This document shows positions 14,964 through 25,890 of a DNA stretch of 64,000 bases, in pieces. This DNA comes from Trichosphaerium sp. ATCC 40318 (lineage: Eukaryota > Protista > Tubulinea). Location of the stretch: positions 372,001 through 436,000 of the forward strand of contig JALMLS010000507.1 of the NCBI GenBank assembly GCA_038496445.1, given 5' to 3'. Position 1 is the first letter of the stretch, and each line of letters starts with the position of its first letter. The position numbers were made by a program, and so were the translations under genes. The notes beneath the pieces were generated by a model. It was not told the DNA's origin, did not search any database, and worked only from the letters and a program-made list of their open reading frames with translations.

Positions 14964-15140
14964 TTGAATGAAAACGGTTGTTTGACGAGCAGAAAATTGT
15001 ATTTTCGAGTTTTCGCTTAAATCTTCTTGATAAATCTAAATAACCGTTGTAGACACTGAAACCACAGATGTCGATACAGATAAACTGAATAACTCAAGTG
15101 ACATACACCTAGTAACGTTTTTTCCATTTCGCGTAAAACG

Positions 15141-16284
15141 ATGCGTGCAGGTAGGAAGGTGTTGGCACGAAAGACAAGTGTGAAACAAATTGCCAACACC
15201 AAAATAAAAATAAAAGACGCAAACGTAGCAGAAACACCCAAGAGAAAGCGCAAGAAAGGTACTGGAGCCAACAGACGGGTTTTTGTACTAAAAGTGATAA
15301 AGTACCGTATGCGTGGCGTAAAACGTACAACACAATCCGTTCAATGCGAATGAACGCATTAGCACCCATTGTAAGTGTTATATAATTTAAATATCTACAA
15401 ACGCTCAAATATCTCATTAGGATACTGTAGGGTGTCATGCATGGACAAATAAAGGCTATACAGAGAAGGAGAGCCGATTTCACGTGCTTACATCGCTGAT
15501 GCTGTCAGCAATGACAAAAGACGAAATGACTAACAAGGCAATGGAGTCGGTACACATAAATGTGCTATTTGATACGGTTTTTCTTACACGCGACGCTCTA
15601 GCTAGTTGAACACGGGTTGACACCTCAATCTATAGTACAACTTGATGTCAGTAAGATAGCTGAGATTATCTATGGTGTTGGTTTTCATAATAAAAAGGCT
15701 GAAGCACTAAAAGTAAGTTGTTATTACATAACGTTATTGAGTCTGTTTTAAACCCTATTGTTTTTAGAAAATATCGAGTGTATTACTCACAGATTATGAT
15801 GGTGATATACCTGACTCAAGGATAGGTTAGTAGAACTTTCCACAAGGGATAAATTATCCTTTTTGCGCACTATTAGTAATCGTGCCACTTAGAGTTAATG
15901 AAGCTTCCTTCTGTTGGGTATAAAGTAGCAATGCTTACGCTTACACATGCATGGAATAAGTACGTCGCTTTTAAATAAACCAATAACAATGTCACTGATG
16001 ATAATGTCTTTTTTTTCAGGCCTGTTGGTATTGGTGTTGATGTACATGTTAATAGGATTTGTAAGAGACTTGGTTGGGTACACGAAAAAAACACTCCAGA
16101 AAAAACTGCAAAGGAGCTCGAGACATGGCTTCCAAAGAAACTATGGGGAAAGGATGGAATAAACCATCAATTTGTTGGGTTTGGTCAGACTATTTGTAAA
16201 AATACTAACCCTCTATGTGCGAATTGTATGCTTGTTGATTGGTGTCCTTCTGCTTTTGGTCACATTGTAAAAAATAAACGATAA
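15141..16284 (+). CDS. NTH1: Endonuclease III homolog (DNA glycosylase/AP lyase)
   Basis: APIDTVGC, LMLSAMTKD, VGFHNKKA, HhH motif LPSVGYK with the catalytic Lys, VDVH with the catalytic Asp, and 4Fe-4S motif C-x6-C-x2-C-x5-C (CKNTNPLCANCMLVDWC); basic N-terminus. Confidence 0.93.
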
Positions 16285-16549
16285 ATAACATAACATGACG
16301 TTTTTTTTTTTCTTTGGGTTCGACTGCACAGTCAGCTCTGTAATGACATCGCAGATATCGCCCAACTATTGATACTCCAATTTTTTGTCAGCAACGTCCC
16401 AACTTGGGCCGGTGATAAGGTGTCAGTGAGCGTTTCGTGAAGTGTGTAACACAAATTTAATACAACTGTGGGTACAAAACAATATGACATGCGCCAAAAG
16501 GTGAAATCACTTGTATCAAGTTCAAAAGATAATAAAAAAAGATCTTCGA

Positions 16550-16890
16550 GATTGTACTATTTACCCATGTCGTAATACCAGAAAAATATTATGTACGGTG
16601 TCTGCTAGCGTCTCAAAGGAGGCTGAAATTTTAGACTACAAGTACACGTGATATAAGGAAAACAATAACGTGCACTCAGTACTTGAGTACAAACTGTACG
16701 TTCCCAGTACAATAATCCTGAAAAGTACCTGTAGTTTCCTTACAGTAGAAATATGTTCTCTACTTACGAGTACAAACCGACGCGCTTTGAGTACAAGAAA
16801 GTTTTTTTCGGTAAATTTCACTGCTTGTACGGAATGGAACTGAAGTAATACTCTTAGGGGTACACCGAGGGTATTGTTTTCGGTACAAAC
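16550..16890. promoter_or_regulatory. Cluster of 13 GTAC motifs (three as GAGTACAA) in the long intergenic region upstream of the polyprotein gene
   Basis: GTAC read at about 16553, 16593, 16642, 16679, 16687, 16697, 16707, 16725, 16770, 16792, 16827, 16860 and 16883. A regulatory role is inferred only. Confidence 0.4.
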
Positions 16891-17579
16891 AAAATGTATT
16901 AAGATGTGATACAAAACAGGATTTAACTAGCGCCCTTTCTTTTTATGCTCATCAGTAGTAGCGTAAAATCGTGTCGACATATTTTTACTTGTGCTGTGTA
17001 TTATAAACACAATTTTAGTGCGACACCCTTGTAACTCTACAAAAAGTTCGATCCGAAACGTCGTAAACACATCACGTGATATAATTAACGAGATCTAAAG
17101 CTGAAACTGGCGTACTCCCTTTTGTTATTTAGTTTCAAGACACGACCAGATCCATGTGTGAACTGTCCCTAGCCACAAAAAACGCCGGTCCCCGTACTGT
17201 TTTTGTTTCCCTGTATGACCATCCAGTATTGGCGTAAAAGGTAAATATCACTGTACATGGGGAGTACTTTGGGTAGAGTGAATTTGTGAACTGCCGCTTC
17301 ACTAGCGAGCTAGCGACAGCGCTTCCTCTCAAACAACACCTATAGTGAGCTACAAACAAATTACCAATACTTACTCTGCGTTGAGTATCCAATTTTTGTA
17401 AAACGCAGTATTGAAGACTTTCGTGCCAGGTGTGGAAAGTGAAGCATGTTGTAAGGGCATATAGGGTTTAAACAGCGGCACCATTGTGCGTCATTTCGTT
17501 GTATTGAATCCCATTTTTCATGTGTGTTCGCTGTCGAAAAAAAACCAAATAACAAGAGCACACACAAGGAACGCACCTC

Positions 17580-20500
17580 ATGGCGGCTTTAGCCAGTTCA
17601 AAAATGGTAAAGGGCTGCTTCTTATCTATCTTTTTTGTTGGAGCAGGACAAACTTTGCTCTTTTTTTTAAAGTCGTTATTTGTGTTCAAACGTTTTTTGC
17701 TCGAAGCAACCAACCAAAAATACACGAAACAAAAAACCGTCTCCAGTTGCTAATATTGCTTGTTTAGACTCTATTGTTTATCGCTACTACTATGATTTTG
17801 GCTAGCGTATACTGCGCTTCCCACGGAAGAGTTGGTATTTGTGATGCCAACTACCCTACCTGGGGATGCAGACCAGAAGACGTATGTTAACTCTAGAACC
17901 TTTTTAACTTTCGCTCCTTTTTTCCGCTAGTTTGGACAAAACAGTTTTTTTTTTCTCGCATCACGTGACGTGACTTTTTTCAACACGTGATAATACACCC
18001 GATTTTACTGAGTAATGATGTGACCTGACCCGGAAAATTAAAAAAACCGAGATCAACTTACATATTCACAAACAAAAAACCGTTTATCGATCCCATACTC
18101 ACTTACGTTTCTTTGTAGTGGCCTATTGTCGATGGTTCAGTAAACCGAAAAGGATGTACCGATCCAGATGCTGTTATGTCTTGGGCTAGCAGAACTGTTC
18201 GCACTGATGGTATTATACTGTTTGTTGGTGACGAATCATCTCCAGATGATTCATACCAACCAGGAAAAATCACGGACATAACCGTCAAAGTTGTTGACTA
18301 CAGATTGAAGGCAAGTCGTTTTTTCTTTCTCTACGCACAAATTCAAACTTAGTTTTTTCGCACTTTTTTTCCTAACGTTTTTGTGTAGTACCGTGGTCTT
18401 TTACTTTACGCAGAAGATGAAGATGGTAACCGCGTCGGTCGCTTCGCCATTTTACCTGAAAATCCTCGTAAGTAACTTCCCACTTCGAAGTTTTTCTTTC
18501 TAGTTTGGCTTTTCCTTTTGGTTTCAACTTCTTACTTTTTTCTAGAAATCTACCACGTCCCTTTCGGTTTTGGTGATCACCCTTGCGCACACGTTGTTAC
18601 TCACTTCAGCGCTGACCTCAAGCCTTTGGTTTCGACATTCAAGTTTGTCGCTCCTTTAGAAGGAACCGGAAAGATTACAATCCGTTGCCTCATCAAGGAA
18701 GGTGATGCCAATGTTGGCGCCTTTTTCTGGCCTAACTTGGGCGGAGATGTTGAACTCGAGGAATCAGATGTTGAGCTTCCAGAAAAGACTGTATACGAAT
18801 CACTTCCTGGACAATCCTGCACAGAGGCTTGCAATGATATCGGTGGAACTTGCAACAACCAACCTTCAACTGCTACCAACAACGATGCAAGAATCGATAC
18901 TCTCGTCGATACAAACAACTTGCTCTGCAACGCTCCTTTCATTGCTGGATGCTCAAACCTTGGATTATACAAGAAGGGAAGTCACTGCCTCTACCGCGAA
19001 GACACATGCAGCCAACAAGTCACTTGTGATACAAGAGAGCAAAACAGAGCTCGTCTTTGCACTTGTACTGGTGTACCAGGTTCAGCAAGCGCTCGCGCAG
19101 CACAAAGTCCAGCTTCTGTCAAATCCACAAGGTATGCACCAACTTCTTTTAGCCACTTGCTTCTTTTTACCTTATCGTATTTGTTGTTTTAACTCTCGAA
19201 ATAGCTTCGGTTTGTTATTCTCTATGCTTGCTATGGCTATGCTCTTTACTGGTAAAAGCAAAGCAACCGGATCAAGCGCTCTTCTTTTGATCACAGTTTT
19301 GTGCTTATCTACATTCTTCACTGGCGCTTTGGGTCACAATTGGTGTAACAGTAATGCTCGTGCTGTTCAAGAAGGAAGTACTATCGGTCCTTGCCCTCCA
19401 AGAACTGAAGATATCGCTCACGTACAAGTCGGTAACGGACAAGAGTTCGAGATTGAGTGGACTACCGGTCACCCTGGTAACATATTCTCTGACCAACGCG
19501 GAGAAACACCACATGCCTACTTCACAATCATCAAAGCTGAAGATGAAAGCAAACTCGGTCAATTGACATCAGAAATCCTCGACCAATACATTGAAAGCGC
19601 TCCTTCCAGCGCTATCATTCCAGGCGTCAAACAATGGCATCGTCAAATCGCTGGCGGTGACGGTATCAACGTAAGACCTGGTGATGATCCAGATGGTGTA
19701 TACACACGTGAGATCTTCGAAACTGATCCAGAGTGGATTCCACGTCCAGCAGAACCTTTCTGGGGAACAAAACGTTACACAATGAGAAACAAGAACAACA
19801 GAATGTTCGAATACAACCCTGATAAGATTGCCTCCACTATTGCCGTATCATACAGCGATCCTTCAATTCCGTTCGTTCTCGCTGTATACCGTTTCAAACT
19901 CGCTCTTGGATTGGGTCGCCCATTCGATGTTGATTTCGCAAACTTTAAGATTCCAGAAGGCAGCCCTGTTGGTCAGTATATTGTACAATATTACTGGAAA
20001 GGATACTGGGATTGCATTGATGTAGTATCTACTACAGCTCATGTAACAAACAAATACGGAACTATCCCAGTTGGACCACCACCAGCACCTACATTCAAGT
20101 ACGCCTTCTTTGACATGTTTTTTCTCGTTTTGTTTTTCTTGGAATGTAGTAGCATTTATTTATTTCTTCGTAGGCGTGTCGATCACTGCTTTACTCCAGA
20201 CTACCAAACCGTACACGGAGACTGCATGCTCGTTACCAACAATAACCCACAACCTTGTCTTGACATTTGCTCCGGTATCGAAAATTGTGACTACGTCGTT
20301 GTTGTTCCAACTAAGCAACCACCAAATTACGTCATCCCTGGTTACTACCCACCAAGCTGTAACGCTTTGCAATCAGCAAATGCTAATGACGACAACGCTC
20401 TATTGTGTTACGCAGTAACAGCCAGAGAACCAACAACAACTCTCCCTAAAGCCCTCACAACAACCGATCCAGATGATCCATATTTCTACTCAACATGTAT

Positions 20501-21210
20501 GATCAGAAAGAGTACTATCCAAACAGAAGTTCCACCTGTTGAAAACAACCCAGTCATTGCCGCTATTTACAGAGATAAATGTATCAGTTGCGACGATAGA
20601 CAAAGATTCACAGATTACTCAAAGGTATGGGCATGGAACACAGTAACACCTTGTCGCGAATGTGGAGTTAATATCTTCGATGGTGGTGATCAACCGGAAA
20701 TCCCAGACTACAGACCTCCACCTCCACCACCTCCACCAACTGTACCAACAACACTTCCACCTACTGCTGCTCCAACAACAGCTGCACCAACTGCTACACC
20801 ACCTCCAGTTGACGGTCAAGCTTGTCCAGTAGCTATGCTTGATGTTGATCGTACACAATGTAAGTTGATTGCACTTTTTTTTTTTTTCAAGCGATTGTTG
20901 AGTCAATATCCACTTACACTTTTAATTAGACATTGGAGAAGGTTTCAGTTATGAATTCATGAACACTTTCTTCGTCGCCAGATTCCCTACTGGTACTGGT
21001 AGAGTAGACTTTACTGCTACAGTTACTACTGCTAAAGGTCTGACTCCACAATACTGCTTCGCAGGTGGACCAGCCTCCGGCTCTGGCAATGTATTCCAAG
21101 TCACCCTATACCCTGGTAGCCGTCTTGTAGATGTACTCGGATGTGGATGGCAGGCTGTTGATCGCGATGTCACTGTTGTATTGACTGACTGCGTATACAG
21201 TGTATATTAG
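17580..21210 (+). CDS. Secreted/membrane polyprotein: signal peptide - Reeler-like domain - Cys-rich module - TM - internal signal peptide - His1 LPMO-like domain - Cys-rich module - Pro/Thr linker - C-terminal beta domain
   Basis: Exons join in one frame through introns at 17607-17767, ~17882-18118, 18311 (GC donor), ~18468-18545, 19132-19204, ~20099-20173 and ~20860-20929. Reeler-like YQPG...YRGLLLYAEDEDGNRVGRF...C..VVTH...FVAP..GTGKITIRC; ALG|HNW at 19335; EWTTGHPG; GQYIVQYYWKGYWDCIDV. C-ending codon bias resembles actin. Confidence 0.8.
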
Positions 21211-21599
21211 ATGAAAACTTTTTCGTTATTGAGAAATTCAAACGCCCACGGTTTTTATAATGTTTAACAAATAAACACCTTCATTCACTCAAAGCCTCAC
21301 ATTAAATGAATGCACTGTTATCCCTTTTCCTTAAAGAATTTATGGTCTAGTTACACCTACCGATTTCGCACAAAAGCTCTAGAATGCATCAGTGTCAAAC
21401 TTACCCACTTTGCGTTGTTTTTTGACAGCAAATGACATCGACTTTAAAAAATACAATTAATTGATGTCGGTTCATTTCTTTCTAAGTTGTGGTTACCATG
21501 TTAAAATTTTTGTAGCGGGCTGATCCGGGACCGGACCACCTAAAAGTTGTAGTGTCAAGGTAAAGGTCCGAACAGTTTTATTTATGTACAAATATTATC

Positions 21600-24500
21600 T
21601 TAATAGTTCTTGTTAAATGGACAATTTGATGCCCAGTGACCGCGCTTATTACAATAGAAACATTTTGTCTTAGGACATTTGCTAGTCTCATGACCAGTTT
21701 GATTACAATTTTTACATGAAAACCTAGACTTCTTTGATGGAGAACCAGTAAAGGATAAAAACATTGGTTTTCTTTTGTACAATGGGTTCTCAGGAAAATG
21801 ATCTTGATGCCACCTCCAAACCTTCTCATGTACAGTCATCTTACTATAGCTCATTAATAAGATTGGTCATGTGTTAATGATACGTTTTATGCGTACCTTC
21901 TTCTAAATCCCTTGAGGTACATGCCTTCTAAGTTCCTTGCTCTGCTCAGTGCAACATATGCTTGACCATCAGCAAAAGTACGTTCCAAGTCTATTTCGAC
22001 TCTGTCTAATGACATCCCTTGACATTTATGTATTGTAATAGCCCATGCTAATTTTAATGGTAGTTGTATCCTATAACATGTACCAACTTGCGGTATTCTA
22101 CTGCTCATAACGACTAACAAAGTGTTAGCATTTTTCTTAACAAAGAAAAAAATAAGAAAACTGTTTTGCAACTCTTACGAACTTTAGGTGTTACAGATAC
22201 TACAAAAAGATATTGTATGTAGTAATGTGATTATTTTAAACCTTATATATACTACGGGTGTACATAAAAAAGTTGTTGTGTACCTGGAATAATCGTTTTT
22301 TTGAAAGGATGATTTTCGTTTGCAAATTTTATAACAGGCAAAGGGTACTTCTTCTCTTTAAACAATAACAACCCTTTCATTTGCATTATAGTTATTTTAA
22401 TAAGTGTCCTTATCATGCTTGATCTATGTTTTGAACTAGTACCACCAACCTCAGTATTTTCTATTTCTTTGAGCTTTTCTCTAATTGATTCTGTTGGCTT
22501 TCCACTTCTCATCAGATGAGCCATTTGTGCCCTCAACTCATCGTATTTTTTCTTCAGTGATGGCATAACCTAACGCTCTCATCACGTGAGTGAAGAGTAG
22601 ATAAACTTTTGTTTAAAAAAAATCGTCAAAAGAATGTTGCGTACCAGTTTTTTTCTTAGATCAACAAATGCTCCATTGAGTCTGTCCTTGTGCTTATCAT
22701 AGTCTGTGTCCCAATCTACGATTACACCACGAGAACCGTTAACAAGTGTGCTAGTTATATTCTTTGTGAGCATAACCTGAGCACCTTTTTTAAGTTTTAT
22801 CTCTTGTTTCGCCAAGCACCTACATAAGAGATTATAACTCGTGACTGTTTGTAGAAAAAAAAAAAGAGGTAGAAAAAGAATTTAAATTAAGTGCTCTGTT
22901 GAGAGATACACGCATATAAACGAGGGTATTTAAACGTGTTATATGTGGGAGCAATATACACAAATATAATAGTCGTAGACAAGGCGAGAGATTGATGAAA
23001 TGAGAGGTGGGATAACGTACTGATTAAAAAATTTGTCGTGCAATAGGAACTTTCTTGCTTTCGCATCGAAATTCCTTTCTTTTATACTTGTAAATAAGGG
23101 CTTCACCTCGTCTTCAAGGTCTTCTGATTTATGAAACCATATGGCATATTTTTCTCTACAAACTTCAACGAAGTCCTCACTTGTAATAACTTTCTTCAGA
23201 AGAAAAAAAGTTAGTTGTATTTCAAGAACTAAAAAACCTTTAACAAGGACTTTCTCTTACCACCGGACTTGGCAACATATCTAACTCCTTCTTATTGAAA
23301 TCATCAACCACTCTATTCGTAGTGTAGAGACGTGTTGGCTTAATACCATCACCATCTCCGAGAGGTCTATTACAACGCAACAACATTTGTTCTGTTTGTT
23401 TTCTTATTGTTCCAACACGTAACTCATTAAGGCATCTCACAAATACCTCATCCTTCTGTCTGAACGCCTATGTAATATTCTTTAATACATTCATTAATTT
23501 GACTCTCGACATACTTTGGTAAGTTCAAAGTGATTGTTTCCAAACAATCTACGCCATGCGCTTGCCTATTTCAAAACGCTTAACCACGTGCTTGTTTTCT
23601 GTTATTCTTACTTCAAAGCAGTATTTATGTGTTTGCCAACCTGGTTCAGCTTCTAGTTGCTTCAATTGTACTCTATCCGCAACTGTGAACTTACTGAAAA
23701 CCGGAGGAAGTTGAAAGAAATCCTTCAAAATAATTAGCAGATCAATTGAAAAAACCCAGAAAGAGATCGTACCCCTGTTACAATTACTTGAAATGCATAC
23801 TTAGAATACGGTATGTGAATGTCCCCATTATTACCACGTAATTCCCAGGCTTTGTTTATAATGCCATCAAACCTGTAATGATATCATTAACAAACAACCG
23901 AAGAAACATTGGTGTACTTACAACTCACCAGAAATCATAGATATTTCGTCTATAATCAATACCCTCAACTCAAGCCATCTTTATAATGTGTTAGTATCAT
24001 GTATGTGTTGATAGTATGGTGGGTGAGAGTTACATACGTTTTATATTTACCATGCATTTTGTTTAAATCTAAAACAAATATCAAAACAAAGAAAAGTCTA
24101 CTGAAGCGACAGGCTACACTATTGTTGTATGACCTGATACGGAAAACAACACTTTCTAGAGCGCACAAGATATAATGGGATGTTTACCTTCGTCTAGTTT
24201 AACAACACCACATCCTGCAAATGAATGTAACGAAGTACCTTCCAAAGGAACGGAAGCAATGCCTTAGTAAGATGTTTAGTACTACATAAAAAGTTGATAA
24301 AAGTACCTGTAGACGCAGTCACTGCTACTTTGGTGTTAAAGTCTTCTTGACCATATTTAAGCTTTAACCCTTTAATAATCCTCCTAAGAAGAAACGACTT
24401 GCCAGTACCAGCACTACCCGTTATAAACGCAGACTGTTCTTTGTTTATGACGGCGTCATATATTTGTTGTTGTTCTTCACTTAGTGGCAGTTCTTTGATT

Positions 24501-25630
24501 GGTGGAGGCTCTTCATATGTCTTAACTTCCCAGTCAAACGGACCCATGCTCTTTGCACATGCAGCAATCGCTTCAGCGCAAGCAAGATCCTCAGAAGCAA
24601 CACCACGTGATTTTTCTAGTTTAATAGGATATTCTGGTTCTTCTTTTAAGTTTTCGTTCGTAAGTAGATTTGAAAGAGCAGACCAGTTCGGAGAAGTATG
24701 TGAATGATTTAGTTTTGTTGCACCTAATAAAAGTAATAAGTTAGTATGGCTTTAAGTTAAAAAAAGGGTATTCTTGGATACCTTTTAGTGGAGCAGGTAC
24801 AGGGACAACGGGTTGTTTAATTCTGAACGATTCAATGAAAGGGAAGTCTCTTTGATGGATGTCTTTACGCTGTGTGTTGTGACCATCCATCTTGTAGAGT
24901 ATAGAACTAGAACTGTAACGTGTTGGATATGGGTTGTTCACGTTGGGAGATCCATCGTTCGCCCTCCTGTCGTATAATGTTCCTCTTACATTTCGGTTCG
25001 TTTTTGATCTCTTTGTAGGTGATCCAACAGGTTCTGTGGGTTTTGGATACTAAATCAATACAATGAGTGTTGAATTATGATGGTAAACGTATAATAAAAC
25101 ACGCACGTGTGTGCTAAATGCGACGTGATTTCTTTTTTTGGCGCTATTTTTCTGACTTGATTCTGGCAGTTTACTTTGTAGCCTACTAGATGCTAGTGAC
25201 GCCTCTTGTTCGTGGACATACCGTACAAGGCAGAAATACGCGTTATCCAGGCTATATCCGTTAATGGAAATGAATTAATTCAAAAAGCTGGTTGCAAGCG
25301 TTTTCAATTACTGCTGTAGACGTACCATATAATATCGCCGTGATTTGCAACTGTTGTAGTGCCAGGTTTACACGTACAGTATTCGCGATCTTCTGTAGCT
25401 CTTATGATGCCTGTGGGGCGAATGGAACCCTGTACAATTTAAATAAAAATAATTTGTTTGGCGCGTACTGCTATAATCTCCAAAACGGTCCCTGTATTAC
25501 CTATACGCGTGTACGTGCTCGTACGCGCTTTTTTACCATTTTCAGCGTTACCAACAACCAATTCACGTGTATGGCCGCGTTCTAATCGTACGGTACCTTC
25601 GCGAGGTGTTGTCACCTCAATACAAACCAT
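21600..25630 (-). CDS. PIF1: PIF1-family 5'-3' DNA helicase with N-terminal FHA-like domain and two C-terminal CCHC zinc knuckles
   Basis: [36 protein letters not shown]...[38 protein letters not shown]; [14 protein letters not shown] and [14 protein letters not shown]. The 5' exons from ATG 25630 are less certain. Confidence 0.9.
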
Positions 25631-25890
25631 ACACTTATCAGCAAAACACGAATTGACTTGTCAACTTATTTCGCCACGGTTGCACTGCGTGCGCTACAAG
25701 CGTACAGTGCTAATCTGTGATGAAACTAAACCGATGCACGTGATTTTTAGAAAAGTATGTTTCCACTCTTGTGCGTACCTCAAAATTGTAGGTATTCAAC
25801 TACAAAGTAGTCTTTGTACCTCTTCGTCGACGCCAAACAAAAGACTCTATTTGACTGGTTGGAAAGTGAGCTCGCTGCGTTGTTAACTGT

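Noticed and set aside
16636-17767. Several short ORFs upstream of the polyprotein gene
   Set aside because: Low-complexity translations of promoter and intron DNA with no coding-like codon usage.
18702-20954. 750-aa single-exon ORF in the track
   Set aside because: Its first ~165 codons are an off-frame shadow of the Reeler/Cys-rich exon (true frame is the 18518 ORF), and it reads through introns at 19132-19204 and ~20099-20173. Only 19205 onward is the real frame.
21431-21476. SECIS element (ATGA...AAA...hairpin) downstream of the polyprotein
   Set aside because: It lacks the 3' GA of the non-Watson-Crick quartet, and the upstream gene has no in-frame TGA.
21397-21512. U1 snRNA (ACTTACC about 110 nt before an Sm-like site)
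   Set aside because: No ACTTACCTG, no U1-70K loop and no U1A loop; kept only as a generic low-confidence structured element.
21600-25630. Helitron or retroelement (PIF1 helicase plus zinc knuckles)
   Set aside because: No HUH Rep, RT or integrase motifs and no terminal structures; the gene is intron-rich and sits among housekeeping genes.
25292-25886. Plus-strand ORFs of 97 and 142 aa
   Set aside because: They overlap the inferred PIF1 5' exons and the promoter on the opposite strand, and have no recognisable protein features.
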